From assembly GCF_030684315.1 (NCBI RefSeq), contig NC_081394.1, forward strand, positions 4,744,163 to 4,808,162: a stretch of DNA of 64,000 nt, written 5' to 3'. Under the pieces are notes generated by a model. It was not told where the DNA came from. It saw only the letters and a list, made by a program, of their open reading frames with translations, and made no database searches. Source of the DNA: Stegostoma tigrinum. Taxonomy: Eukaryota. The translations under genes were made by a program, and so were the position numbers. This document shows positions 1-11,882 of this stretch, one piece after another (positions within the stretch are counted from its first letter, which is position 1; the number at the start of each line of letters is the position of its first letter).

Positions 1-320
1 TTTGCCTGCATTTGGCTCATATCCCTCCAAAACTTTCTTATTCATACACTTATCCAAATATCTTTTAAACATTGTAACTGTGCCACATCCACCACTTCCT
101 CTGGGAGTTCATTCCACACAGCAACCACTCTCTATTTAAAATAAAATTGCAGCCCCCATGTCTTTTCTAAAACTTTCTCCCCCCAGTTTAAAAATATTAC
201 CTCTGGTCTTGAAATAGGGGAAAACCATTCATCTTATCCATCCCCTGAAGATTTTACAAACATCACCCCTCAACCTCCTACGCTCCAGCAAGAGAAAGTT
301 CCCAGCCTATCCCACCATTC
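1..320 (-). mobile_element. CR1/HER1-like LINE 3' fragment
   Basis: CCACCACTTCCTCTGG..TTCATTCCA shared with the other CR1 fragments. Confidence 0.7.
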
Positions 321-545
321 TCAGCAATTCGATTCAGCACATTCATGGTTGCTCACAGAAAACCCCTGCAGTGTGGAAAGAGGCCATTAATTCTGCATCA
401 ACTGTCTGAAAAGGATTCCACCCAGGACCACCCTACCTCCCACAACCCCACATTGACCACAAATGATGCATCTAAGCTACACATCCCTGAACACTACCGG
501 TCAATTTTTAGCACGGCCAATCCACCTAACCTGCACGTCTTCGCA

Positions 546-645
546 CACAAGAACAGAAGTTGCTGGAAAAGCTCAGCAGGTCCGGCAGCATCTGTGAAGG
601 AAAAAACAGGGTTAACGTTTCGGGTCCAGTGACCCTTCCTCAGCA
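546..645 (-). mobile_element. Second Penelope-type terminal-repeat family with hammerhead motif (related copies near 26120-26260, 53965-54075, 54640-54740)
   Basis: Minus strand 643-612 reads CTGAGGA-a-GGGTC-actg-GACCC-GAAAC-GTT-aa, followed by GATGCTGCCGGACCTGCTGAGCTTTTCCAGC. Confidence 0.6.
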
Positions 646-1414
646 CATCTCGGAGGAAACCCTTCCATCTCCAGAAACAGTTTACTCGGAAAGAATTATC
701 GCTGGTTCTTTCAATCCATGGAGCAGGTGAATTAGTGAAGTCTTCACAAACATCATCCCCTCTGTCTCTGAGATCCGCACGCTCCCTCAGCCTCATCCAT
801 TTCCCAACGTTTTTGATTGTGATTTATTATTGTCACATGTCCCGAGATAGAGTGAAAAGTATAGTTCTGCGGGCCAACTGGAGAAATTGTACCTGACATA
901 AGTGCAAACTCCACACAGACAGTCACACGAGGCTGGAACCAAACCCAGGCCCCTAATGCCGTGAGGCAGCAGTGCTAACCACTAAGCCACCTACTTCATC
1001 CATCCCATTCCCCTGTTCCTGTTTCCTCTACCCTTCAGTCCCAAGATCTGTAATCTATCTCCTTATGGAAAATAGTCAATGTTTCCTGTGGCAGAGAAAT
1101 CCATGCCACTCTCCGGCTGAGGTGTCCCTCTCTCCTCTTTGCAGATCACTGGCTAACTTAGTGTCGTGTCTCATGGTCAGTGTGTAGGTATAGCTCTGAG
1201 CCTCACACACACTGGGCTGGATTTTAACAGCAAACCACCGATGAATCCCAACCCCACCACCCCACAACTCACCACATCTCTCGTCAATACATACCCTCAG
1301 TCTACATCTTCATCCCCTCTATGAATCTCCACTATATCAAGTCCTCGTCGCTCTCCTCCCTATTTCGGGTAAATAAGCTCAATCTACCTTTAATTCGGCC
1401 TCTTATTGAGAAAT

Positions 1415-1725
1415 GATTAGATTAGACTCCCTACAGTGTGGAAACAGGCCCTTCGGCCCAACAAATCCACACCACCCCATGCAGTATCCCACCCAGACCC
1501 ACCCCCCTGTAACCCACGCACCCCTGAACACTACAGGCAATTTAGCACAGCCGATCCACCTAACCTGCATATCTTTGGACTGTGGGAGGAAACCGGAGCA
1601 CCCGGAGGAAACCCATGCAGACACAGGGAGAATGTGCAAACTCACACAGTCAGTGGCCCGAGGCTGGAATCCAACCTGAGTCCCTGGCACTGTGAGGCTG
1701 CAGTGCTAACCACTGAACCGCCTGC
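1415..1725 (-). mobile_element. tRNA-derived HE1/V-SINE-like element (partial copies about 340-545, 900-990, 18690-18960)
   Basis: Minus strand shows a Pol III box A/B-like head, GTTTGCACATTCTCCC..TCTGC.TGGGTTTCCTCCGGGTGCTCCGG core and CR1-like tail. Confidence 0.8.
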
Positions 1726-2557
1726 AGACATTATTAATGTCACGTGTCCTGAGATAGAGTGAAAAGCATTGCTCTATGTGCTAACCAGACAAATTGTACC
1801 TGACATAAGTGCACCAGGGCCAGAGAACAGAATGCAGAGCATGGTTTTACAGGGACAGACAAAGATCATCTCCGATATATGGGAGGCTCATCTAGAAATC
1901 TCAGAACAGCAGGAAAGAAGCTGTTCATCAAACTGTTCGGGCAGATGACCCACAAATACAACAAAACAAAAAGTCACACACACAGGCAAATAAACCTCAA
2001 ATGAGGCAGTAAAAAAACTCGCGGAGCTGACCGTGATCCGCTCTGCCCTGGATTGGAGGGGGATGGTCACCTCACGTCGAACTCACTCCCCTTCCAGACC
2101 TGGCCACCTCCTGGCAGATATCCAAGAGTGCCAAAGCGGGATGGCAGAGGATGCCCTCGAGGGACCACGCTGGGACTCTGCCCAGACTGGCAAAGTCTTC
2201 CCCCTTGGGTTTTACGCGGGTCGTATGAATTTGTGATGTTATCATTTCACTGATGCCATGTGTCAGAGCATTGGCCAACCGACCAACGCAGAAATCGGAG
2301 ATTGGCAAAGCGCACTCCCAGGCAGAGACCACGTCCACCCCCGTCCAGATAACCAGGACCAAGCTGTTTGTGTCGATGAGAGAGAGTGGAAATTCTTCGC
2401 TTTGGTTAATGGGGCACATGGTAAAGACGGAAAGGACAGATGTTGTGAGGAACAAAGCTGGCAAAAAGTGAGGACACATGAACAGAGCGGGCAACGAGCC
2501 CAGAGGGACAACCTGGTCCAACCTAACATCAGCCACGGTGCGCAAAGGATAAACAGA

Positions 2558-3190
2558 CGGAGCTTCACTCTGTATCTAACCCCATGCTGTCCCTGTGCTG
2601 GCAGTGTTTGATGGGGGAATAGTGTAGAGGGAGCTTCACTCTGTATCGAACCCCGTGCTGTCCCTGTGCTGGCAGTGTTTGATGGGGGAATAGTGTAGAG
2701 GGAGCTTCACTCTGTATCGAACCCCGTGCTGTCCCTGTGCTGGCAGTGTTTGATGGGGGAATAGTGTAGAGGGAGCTTCACTCTGTATCGAACCCCCTGC
2801 TGTCCCTGTGCTGGCAGTGTTTGATGGGGGAATAGTGTAGAGGGAGCTTCACTCTGTATCGAACCCCGTGCTGTCCCTGTGCTGGCAGTGTTTGATGGGG
2901 GAATAGTGTAGAGGGAGCTTCACTCTGTATCGAACCCCGTGCTGTCCCTGTGCTGGCAGTGTTTGATGGGGGAATAGTGTAGAGGGAGCTTCACTCTGTA
3001 TCGAACCCCGTGCTGCCCCTGTGCCGGCAGTGTGTGATGGGGGAAAGAGTGTAGAGGGAGCTTTACTCTTTATCGAACCCCGTGCTGCCCCTGTGCTGGC
3101 AGTGTGTGATGGGGGAAAGAGTGTAGAGGGAGCTTTACTCTTTATCTAACCCCGTGCTGTCCCTGTGCTGGCAGTGTGTGATGGGCGACA
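2558..3190 (+). repeat. ~71-bp minisatellite (AGTGTAGAGGGAGCTTCACTCTGTATC..ACCCCGTGCTGTCCCTGT...); further arrays about 26795-27165, 31845-32105, 47920-48137, 49080-49360
   Basis: Period 71 measured from units starting at 2620, 2691 and 2762. Confidence 0.93.
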
Positions 3191-3689
3191 GTTGCAGTGT
3201 GCGACTGTGTGGGGTTGGATGATGTGCTGTTTAGCAGGTTATCAGTGTGTGGACTGTGTCGCTGTAATCCCTTCCTGCCACTGCGTGCGGGATTTTGACG
3301 GCGATTGAAGCTGAGGTCAACCAAAAGTAAATTATTTTTCAGGAGCATTTACTGACTATTTCTGCTCTTTTACAAAACCTGCACAAATATTATTCACAAA
3401 ACCTGTACCAATATTACTTTTAAACATACAACTGTCACTTACAAACATACAAATATTATTTACAAAAAGTACATTTAATTCACAGACTGGTAGGTCAGTT
3501 CTCGGGTGACATCAGCTCCCATCATCGACAGTCGCAAACAACAAATACATCAGCAATTCCATCTCAGGTCCTAACCTGACTCCAAATGTTAGTTTCACAT
3601 CCTCGATGGAAATCCCCAGCGTTCTGGAGTGGTGGTCAAACGGGTAAAGTGTCTCTCAGAGGTCACTGGACATCAACCTGCTTACACTG

Positions 3690-4500
3690 TCACTGTAGGA
3701 GGGTCAGTGCTGAGGGAGCAGGCACTGTCGGAGGGTCAGTGCTGAGGGAGCGGGCACTGTCAGAGGGTCAGTGCTGAGGCAGCGCCACAGTGTCCGAGGG
3801 TCAGTGCTGAGGGAGCGCCGCACTGTCCGAGTGTCAGTGCTGAGGGAGCGCCGCACTGTCCGAGGGTCAGTGCTGAGGAAGCGGACACTGTCAGAGGGTC
3901 AGTGCTGAAGGTGCGGGCACGGGCGGAGGATCAGTGCTGAGGGAGCGCCGCACTGTCGGAGGGTCAGTGCTGAGGGAACGGGCACTGTCGGAGGGTCAGT
4001 GCTGAGGGAGCGCTGCACTGTCGGAGGGTCAGTGCTGAGGGAGTGGGTACTGACGGAGGGTCAGTGCTGAAGGAGTAGGCACTGTCGGAGGGTCAGTGCT
4101 GAGGGAGCAGGCACTGTCGGAGGGTCAGTGCTGAGGGAGTGGGCACTGTCGGAGGGTCAGTGCTGAGGGAGCAGGCACTGTCGAGGGTCAGTGCTGAGGG
4201 AGTGCTGCACTTTCGGAGGGTCAGTGCTGAGGGATTGGGCACTGTTGGAGTGTCAGTGCTGAGGGAGTGGGCACTGTCGAGGGTCAGTGCTGAGGGAGTG
4301 GGCACTGTCGGAGGGTCAGTGCTGAGGGAGCAGGCACTGTCAAGGGTCAGTGCTGAGGGAGTGCTGCACTTTCGGAGGGTCAGTGCTGAGGGATTGGGCA
4401 CTGTTGGAGTGTCAGTGCTGAGGGAGTGGGCACTGTCGAGGGTCAGTGCTGAGGGAGCAGGCACTGTCGAGGGTCAGTGCTGAGGGATTGGGCACTGTCG
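3690..4500 (+). repeat. 32-bp minisatellite array (GGGCACTGTCGGAGGGTCAGTGCTGAGGGAGC)n
   Basis: Direct tandem repeats. Confidence 0.95.
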
Positions 4501-4953
4501 TAGGGCCAGCGTTGATGGTACCTTCCTCTTCCAGGGATGTGAATGATCCCACTGCCACGACGTGGAAAGGCAGGTTCTCTCGTTCAACTGATGTCACATC
4601 ATTTCATCTGAATAAATAATGTCATTTCACAAGAGGCAGGTGCTCGGAATCCTGTTAACATTGCTTCAACGTGGGATCTTGCTGTGTACAAATCGACCCC
4701 ACTCCCCGAATCGTTCTCTTCATCTGCGTGGTAGGCTCACTCGGAAATATATTAGCTGGGCTGTGGGCTGTGAGGAGGTAGGGAAAGGGGCTAGACAAAT
4801 GCAGCGTCATTTATGCCTCGCTTCCTTCGCTATCCCTCCATCTGTTCCTTACTTCCCAATGCTCCAGGCCTGATCCGAGCAATTCTGTGGCTTTTGGCTC
4901 TTCCGCAGCTCCCAGGAGTTGGATGTGAGGGTCTCCTTCCTTGCCTGGTCCAG

Positions 4954-5069
4954 CTACTGATCCAGATTTTGGGGAGTGAGGGGGTTGGGGAGCATCATTT
5001 GCTGTTCCAGCCCGTAATTCCCAACAAAGGTGTTTTGATCTCCCAGTGTCCATTCCAAAGTTTCCTCAG
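4954..5069 (-). CDS. Gene A terminal coding exon (AEETLEW...PQNLDQ*)
   Basis: Long (CT)n tract plus cacag acceptor; phase 1 continues the frame to TAG at 4956-4954. Confidence 0.62.
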
Positions 5070-8000
5070 CTGTGCCAGGGGAGAGAGAGAGAGGGAGAGG
5101 GAGAGAGAGAGAGGGAGGACCATGTTCATTGTCAGACACAGTGTGTACGCGCCACCTGGTGGGTGTAAGTGGACTTGCATGAGTCCAACAACACCCCAAA
5201 ACACCGACAAAACTCACTCAGGCACTTCACCGAGATAACACAGTGTGGAGCTGGATGAACACAGCAGGCCAAGCAGCATCTCAGGAGCACAAAAGCTGAC
5301 GTTTCGGGACTTACCCTTCATCCGAAACGTCAACTTTCGTGCTCCTGAGATGCTGCTTGGCCTGCTGCGTTCATCCAGCCTCACATTTTATTATCTTGGA
5401 ATTCTCCAGCATCTGCAGTTCCCATTATCACAGGCACTTCAACAACACATTTCTCTCGAATCTAGCCATCGCACACCACTTCGTCATTCATGCTGCCCAG
5501 GACGGGAGGGGCTGGAGGGGGTTACAGAGATAGGGAGGGGGTGTAGGGGCTGGAGGGGGTTACAGAGATAGGGAGGGGGTGTAGGGGCTGGAGGGGGTTA
5601 CAGAGATAGGGAGGGGGTGTAGGGGTGGAGGGGGTTACAGAGATCGGGAGGGGGTGTAGGGGCTGGAGGGGGTTACAGAGATAGGGAGGGGTGTTGGGGC
5701 TGGAGGGGGTTACAGAGAAAGGGAGGGGGTGTAGGGGTGGAGGGGGTTACAGAGATAGGGATGAGGAGGGGGTGGAGGGGTTACTGAGATAGGGAGGGAG
5801 GGGGTGACAGAGGTCGGAGTGGGAGGGAGATGAGCTGTTAAACACAGGAGTGACTGCTGCAGCTGACGTGAAAAGTTGATGCTGAGCTGTGATGCTCCAC
5901 GTAGTCAAACAGCTCTAACACTAACTTTACGTGTGAACGACGCACTGCCTGATGAAATGGGGGCGGGTCAAGCGGTGGCGCCCCCTACGTAGGGGAGAGG
6001 ACCCTGCTGGTCACTGGGAACAGCACAGGGAGAGCACACTCACTGAACACCCAGGGCCATCATCAAACTAAATAATCAGCCCCCTCTGACCAACTCACCC
6101 CTCACCCGAAAGCGCAGAGCCGTCCCTCAGCCANNNNNNNNNNNNNNNNNNNNNNNNNNNNNNNNNNNNNNNNNNNNNNNNNNNNNNNNNNNNNNNNNNN
6201 NNNNNNNNNNNNNNNNNNNNNNNNNNNNNNNNNNNNNNNNNNNNNNNNNNNNNNNNNNNNNNNNNNNNNNNNNNNNNNNNNNNNNNNNNNNNNNNNNNNN
6301 NNNNNNNNNNNNNNNNNNNNNNNNNNNNNNNNNNNNNNNNNNNNNCATACATTCACAAACGAAGAAAGATTTGGGGAGCCAGAGAGAGGGCTGGGATGAG
6401 AGACAGACAGACTGAAAGAGGGTCAGTCATAGATATTGAGAGAGAGAGAGAGAGACGGGGAAGGGAGGGGGGCTACAGGAGGAGGAGGGAGGCACAAAAG
6501 GAAGGAGATGGGGGAGAGGAGGACAAAGAGAGAGGGTCAAACAGAGGAAGAATGGAGAAGAGATGTAGCACAAAGGAGTGGGAGTGTGACAAGAGGATTT
6601 TCGAGAAGGGGAGAGAGAGACAGAGGGGTGGAGAAACATGATACTAAATAGAGAGGGGATGAGGTTAAACGACTGAGCAAAACAAGTTACCTGTTGCAGA
6701 GCGATCAACCTCGATGTGGTTCTGCCGGGCTGCAGAGCGCACACCTGTGTGTGAGAGAGAGAGACTGTGAAAGGAGTCAGAGAGGAGGGGGGAGGAGCAG
6801 CTGTTCGAAGCCCTAAACCCCAGAGAGACTGCCACAGCCACCTTCCCACGCCCCCGCCCACCCCCACTCCGAAAGCCACCCCACGGCCCACTCTCTCCAG
6901 AGAGAAAAGCCAGCCTATGCTTCCCTCTGATGAAGGGTCTAGGCCCGAAACGTCAGCTTTTGTGCTCCTGAGATGCTGCTTGGCCTGCTGTGTTCATCCA
7001 GCCTCACATTTTATTATCTATGCTTCCTCTGTCAGCTTTTGTGCTCAGTCCCTTCGGAAATCAAACCATAAAATCTACTGAGTTGATGACTGTGACACAG
7101 AATGGGCCATCAGTAAAACAAACGGGCCATATGGCCTCCTCCTGGTTAGTGGTACCAGCTCCGTGACCCAAGCAGGGGCTGGGGGTTGGGGGGGAGGTGG
7201 CTGAGGGGGTGGGGGGGTTGTTTTAGTGGGGGAAGGACAAGGAAGAGGTCTAGGCAGAGCCAGGCAGCACAGAAACAGGATCTTCGGTCCATCCTGTCCA
7301 TTCCAACCAGGCTTCTCAAAGTAAACTTGGCCCCTATCCCTCTAAACCCTTCCCTATCCATGTCCCCAATCTCTTAAATGCTGTAACCTGTACCAGCCCC
7401 CACCACTTCCTCTGGCAGCTCATTCCATACACGCACCACCCTCTGTGTGAAAAAGCTGCCCCTCAGGTCCCTTTTCAATCTTTCCCCTCTCACCTTTAAC
7501 CTATGCCCCTCTGGTTTTGGACTCCCCCCAACCTCTGCAGGGAAAAGATCTTGTCTATTCACCCTATCCATGGCCCTCATGGTTTTGTAAACCTCTATAA
7601 GGTCACCCATGAGTCTGACACTCCGAAGGAAAAATTCTCAGCTTTTCCAGCCTCAAACCTTCCAATCCCAAGATCATCCTGGTGAACCTTTTCCACACTC
7701 TTCCCAGTTTAATAGCATCCTTCCTGTAGCAGGGTGTCCAGAACTGAACACTGTCCTCCAGAAGTGACCTCTTACCTCTGAATTTTTTGTTCCATATCCA
7801 GACGATTGCAATCAGAAGGCACACACAGGCTATGACAGCAACTGTCACATAGAGAGCGATGAGGTAGTGAGGGTTAGCAGTTCTAAAAGGCAAGCTGGTG
7901 TTGCTGGAGGCATCTGCAGGAGAACGGGCAGAAAGGGGCAACTTTCAGCTCAAGGATAAAATTGTATCAGAGACAGTGGGAACTGCAGATGCTGGAGAAT

Positions 8001-11000
8001 CCGCGATAACAAAGTGTGGGGCTGGATGAACACAGCAGGCCAAGCAGCATCTCAGGAAGCCAAAAGCTGATGTTTCGGGCCTAGACCCTTCATCAGGGGG
8101 TCTAGGCATGAAACGTCAGCTTTCTTGCTCCTCTGATGCTGCTTGGCCTGCTGTGTTCATCCAGCCCTACACTTTGTTATCTCAACTTACAACTCAATGT
8201 GTTTTTTTTCCCGTGATAAAGCACTGTAACATGGTGCAGCTGTTCCTTCACAGCAGTGACACAATGAAGCCAACACATACAGTGACCATCCGTTAGCGAT
8301 GCGCTATTCGCGCTCACAGTTACTGAGCCTTGCCCTGGGACGTTGCATGGACTGGGCGGGACACATTCTCCACGCACACCCCCAGCAACCCTCAACTTCA
8401 CTCCACTCTGAGGGAGCACATCAGTTTCCAGAGCGCACACCGTGCTCTGAGCTAATCAATATCCCCATACATGGTGTCTGATTAGAATCCAGCAACATTC
8501 CCAGCGTAGAAGGAGCTTTACTCTGTGCTGTCCCTGCCCCAGGAGTGTTTGATGGGGGACAGTGTCGAGAGTGCTTTACTCTTATTTTTCCATCCTTTAT
8601 TCATTAACAGCCTGAGGGTGTTGCTGGCCGGACAGCATATATTTCCCATCCCTAATTGCCCAGACGGCAGTTAAGAGTCAACCACATCGCTGGGGTCTGG
8701 AGTCACATGTAGGCCAGACCAGTTAAGGATGGCAGTTTCTTTCCCTAAAGAACATTGGTGAACCAGTTGGGTTTTTTTTCCTGACAATTGACAATGGATT
8801 CACGGTCTTAGATTCTTAATTCCAGATATTTTTATTGAATTCAAATTCCACCATCTGCTGTGGCAGGATTCGAACCCAGGTCCCCAGAATGTTATCTGGG
8901 TCTCTGGATTAACAGTCCAGCCATAATACCACCAGGCCATTGCCTCCCCTCCCTCCCCCTCTGTATCTAACCCTGTGTTGTCTCTATCCTGGGAGTGTTT
9001 TAATAGGGTTGGGAGGGGAGAATGTTGAGTGAGTTTTACTCTTCAAAAATCCCGTGCTGACCCTGTACTCTCTCCCTACTGGAAGCCAGTGTGAGCGCTG
9101 AAAAGAATGATATTGAGGTCTGGAGCTCAGGTCCCTGTGTTTTGGAGTGACAGTTCACCGCTCTGCAACAGCGAGCTCACTTTGAAATCACTTACATGCC
9201 CAAACAATGGAATCCAGGCGCTGCTGAATCCTGCTGTTAAAGACAGAACAGCGGACTGACGTTCCCACAGCAGCAACGATCCTGAGGCTGCTGGTGACAT
9301 TGTACAGGCCAGAGACAGGATCCTGTTCCACTGAGGTGTTCACCTCAGCATCTCGGCCCAGAGGTCTCCCAGCATCATCCGTCCAGTTCACAACTGGAGC
9401 CGGGAAGCCTCCAAAGGAATGGCAGCTCAAATTCACGGCCAGACCCGCACCCAGAGATTCTCCTTGTGAAGCCGATAACACAGGAGGCTGGTAGGGAGCT
9501 AAAGCAGGGAAAGAGATATCTCAGTTTCAGACATTCACAGCGACCTGTGTTACTGACTGTATCCCTACTGATGTTAATCCCTCTCCCTCACACTGTCACT
9601 CAGTAACCCCTCTCCCCCCCAGGACCCTGTGTTACTGACTGTATCCCTACTGATGTTAATCCGTCTCCCTCAGACTGTCACTCAGTAACACTTCTCCCCA
9701 CCAAGGGCCCTGTGTTACTGACTGTATCCCTACTGATGTTAATCCCTCTCCCTCACACTGTCACTCAGTAACCCCTCTCCCCCCCAGGACCCTGTGTTAC
9801 TGACTGTATCTGTACTGATGTTAATCCCTCTCCCTCACACTGTCACTCAGTAACCCCTCTCCCCCCCAGCGCCCTGTGTTACTGACTGTATCCCTACTGA
9901 TGTTAATCCGTCTCCCTCAGACTGTCACTCAGTAACCCTTCTCCCCACCAAGGGCCCTGTGTTACTGACTGTATCCCTACTGATGTTAATCCCTCTCCCT
10001 CACACTGTCACTCAGTGACCCCTCTCCCCCCTCTGCCCCCCCCCCCCCCCCCCCGGGCCCTGTGTTACTGACTGTATCTCTACTGATGTTAATCCCTCTC
10101 CCTCACACTGTCACTCAGTAACTCCTCTCCCCCACAGCGCCCTGTGTTACTGACTGTATCCCTACTGATGTTAATCCCTCTCCCTCACACTGTCACTCAG
10201 TGACCCCTCTCCCCCCACAGCACGCTCTGTTACTGGCTGTTTTCCAGGATGGATGAGAGTGTGGAGGAGAGAAGACTTCCCCTACCTAAGAGGTATGGCC
10301 CGTTCTAAAGCCAGTGCCTACCAGCTATATACAGTCGCAGGTGACATGCATGAACCTTCTTGTCGTTGAGGAAGAAATAGCAGTGATATTCCACATCATC
10401 TTTCACAGTGAGGTTGCTCAGTTGCAGGGAGAGGTTTCCTCTGACTAACTCAGTCTTGGGGACTGTAGTTCTTCCTCTGTAATAACTTTCCACGTATTGT
10501 TCTTCAGGCTTCCCATTGGAAAAGACATAGGCAACCTTTTCGGGAGAAAACTGCCAATAAATTCGGGCTGACGTGAGAGAGACAGGCCCCATCACCTCGT
10601 AAATACAGGGTAATAATGCTTGACCTCGAACCAACCCAGTCACAGCACGGCCCGGTGCAGAGTCTGAAAGCACAGGCAATGACAGCAGAATTAAAGCCTA
10701 TTCTCAGCATGTTCAATCCCACAACATTCCCCAGCCCCACACCTCCCTGAGGGAGCAAGCCCCGCCACCACTCCGCTGAGCGTGTAACCCCCACACCATT
10801 CCCCCACCACCCTCCCTGCGAAAGTGACCTCCACACCATTCCACCCCCACTCCCTGTGAGAGTGTAGCCCCCACACCATGCCCCCCAACTCCCCGCGAAA
10901 GTGACCCCGACACCATTCCCCTCCCCCACTCCCTGCGAAAGTGACCCCCACACCATTCCCCCACCACACTCCCTGCAAAAGTGACCTCCATACCATTCCC

Positions 11001-11882
11001 CTCCCCCACTCCCTGCGAGAGTGACCCCCACACCATTCCCCTCCCCCACTCCCTGCGAAAGTGACCCCCGCACCATTCCCCTCCCCCACTCCCTGCGAGA
11101 GTGACTCCCACACCATTCCCCTCCCCCACTCCCTGCGAGAGTGACCCCCACACCATTTCCCTCCCCCACTCCCTGCAAAAGTGACCCCGACACCATTCCC
11201 CTCCCCCACTCCCTGCGAGGGTGACCCCCACACTATTCCCCCCCCGCGAGAGTAACCCCCACACAATTCCACCCCTCCCTGAGAGAGTGACTTCCACACT
11301 ACTCACCTCCCCACTCACTGCAAGAGTGAATCCACACCATTACCCACCACCCACTCAAATCCCAGTGGGAGCAGGTCTCGCACTGTCAGCTTCCAGACCT
11401 CCATCAGGTGACCCCTCAGCCTCCTCTTTCTGGGACAATGATCCAGGGCTCGATCCCGAGAATCGGAATCACTGATACGGGACGAGACGATCATGTGTCC
11501 AGTCCCAGCACCACAGCCAGATGCGGCCAACGTGAACACACTGCCTGTTCCCACAGACCCTCCCCACTGACCCACACCTCAGCTTCTCTCCCTTGTCCTC
11601 TCTTTGATCCCCATATTCCTCCTTACTCTCGCCTTCCGGCCATACACAGCTCAAGTCTTGGCTGCACCGACAGGGATGGCGATGCCACCCCTGGTCTAAT
11701 TACAGCTGCAACACCGGCTGGGCGAATTCATGCGGGCTATGCCCAGCCCAGCCATGGGATCGCGCTGTGCAGGAAGCAGCAAACATTGGAAGGAAGACTT
11801 TGGCACTGACTGTGTTACACCCACCTGAGCAGGCCCGAAGGACTTGCAGAAGGAAGACAGCAACAGCTGGAAACAGCTTCAT
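4954..11882 (-). CDS. Gene A: B7-family type I membrane protein (ICOSL/CD80/CD86-like), spliced CDS join(11882-11825,10663-10322,9498-9196,7913-7776,6744-6691,5069-4954), about 336 aa
   Basis: Six exons with AG/GT boundaries, all phase 1, total 1011 nt in one open frame: leader, IgV, IgC, TM, two tail exons. This is the classical B7 architecture. About 7 N-x-S/T sequons in the ectodomain. Confidence 0.88.
5233..5430. mobile_element. Inverted pair of Penelope terminal repeats (mini-element)
   Basis: GCTGGATGAACACAGCAGGCCAAGCAGCATC... followed by its reverse complement plus a one-sided tail. Confidence 0.75.
5500..5810 (+). repeat. 38-bp G-rich minisatellite (GTTACAGAGATAGGGAGGGGGTGTAGGGGCTGGAGGGG)n
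   Basis: Tandem repeats. Confidence 0.93.
6134..6345. other. Assembly gap
   Basis: Run of N. Confidence 1.
6691..6744 (-). CDS. Gene A cytoplasmic exon 1 (GVRSAARQNHIEVDRSAT)
   Basis: Pyrimidine tract plus cacag acceptor, donor CAG|GTAACT, 54 nt, phase 1-1, open in frame. Confidence 0.7.
6927..6956 (+). ncRNA. Minimal hammerhead-ribozyme motif in a solo Penelope terminal repeat (about 6925-7020)
   Basis: CTGATGA-a-GGGTCTAGGCCC-GAAAC-GTC-ag; CTATGCTTCC repeated at 6915-6924 and 7018-7027. Confidence 0.68.
7255..7770 (-). mobile_element. CR1/HER1-like LINE 3' fragment abutting the gene A TM donor
   Basis: VQFWTPCYRKD...RFTRM and GDLIEVYK...FFTQRVVRVWNELP. Confidence 0.85.
7776..7913 (-). 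CDS. Gene A stalk/transmembrane exon
   Basis: ctgcag| ... |gtaaga, 138 nt. LIALYVTVAVIACVCLLIAIVWIW followed by basic stop-transfer NKKFR. Confidence 0.9.
7968..8183. mobile_element. Inverted Penelope mini-element in gene A intron
   Basis: Same inverted structure, tail on the left side. Confidence 0.75.
8595..8950 (-). mobile_element. SINE-like interspersed repeat with L2-type 3' end (second copy about 61090-61440)
   Basis: Shared GGGTCTGGAGTCAC.TGTAGGCC.AGACC..TAAGGATGGCAGTTTC sequence. Confidence 0.6.
9196..9498 (-). CDS. Gene A IgC exon
   Basis: ctttag| ... |gtaagt, 303 nt. APYQPP, NLSCHSFGGFPAPVVNW, GLYNVTSSLRI, VRCSVFN match a B7 membrane-proximal C-type domain. Confidence 0.93.
9545..10245. 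repeat. ~82-bp minisatellite filling the gene A IgV-IgC intron
   Basis: About 8 copies of CTGTGTTACTGACTGTATCCCTACTGATGTTAATCC... Confidence 0.92.
10322..10663 (-). CDS. Gene A IgV exon
   Basis: ctttcag| ... |gtaggc, 342 nt. Motifs GQALLPC, RIYWQ, YRGRT, GNLSLQLSNLTVKDDVEYHC are typical of a B7 V-set domain. Confidence 0.93.
10790..11350. repeat. 40-bp minisatellite in the gene A leader-IgV intron
   Basis: (CCACACCATTCCCCTCCCCCACTCCCTGCGAGAGTGACCC)n. Confidence 0.92.
11825..11882 (-). CDS. Gene A signal-peptide exon (MKLFPAVAVFLLQVLRACS)
   Basis: Acceptor ttacag at 11889-11888, ATG at 11882, hydrophobic leader, phase-1 donor G|GTGGGT. Confidence 0.82.

Noticed and set aside
2030-2560. Overlapping ORFs in complex non-tandem sequence
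   Set aside because: No recognisable domain or convincing splice pair; possibly an old transposon remnant but unassignable without a search.
5000-5030. ITIM or YxxL motif in the gene A tail (VGNYGLE)
   Set aside because: Spacing is Y-x-L rather than Y-x-x-L/V, so it does not fit.
10504-11318. Three overlapping ~200-aa Gly-rich ORFs
   Set aside because: 40-bp minisatellite open in all frames within a gene A intron.
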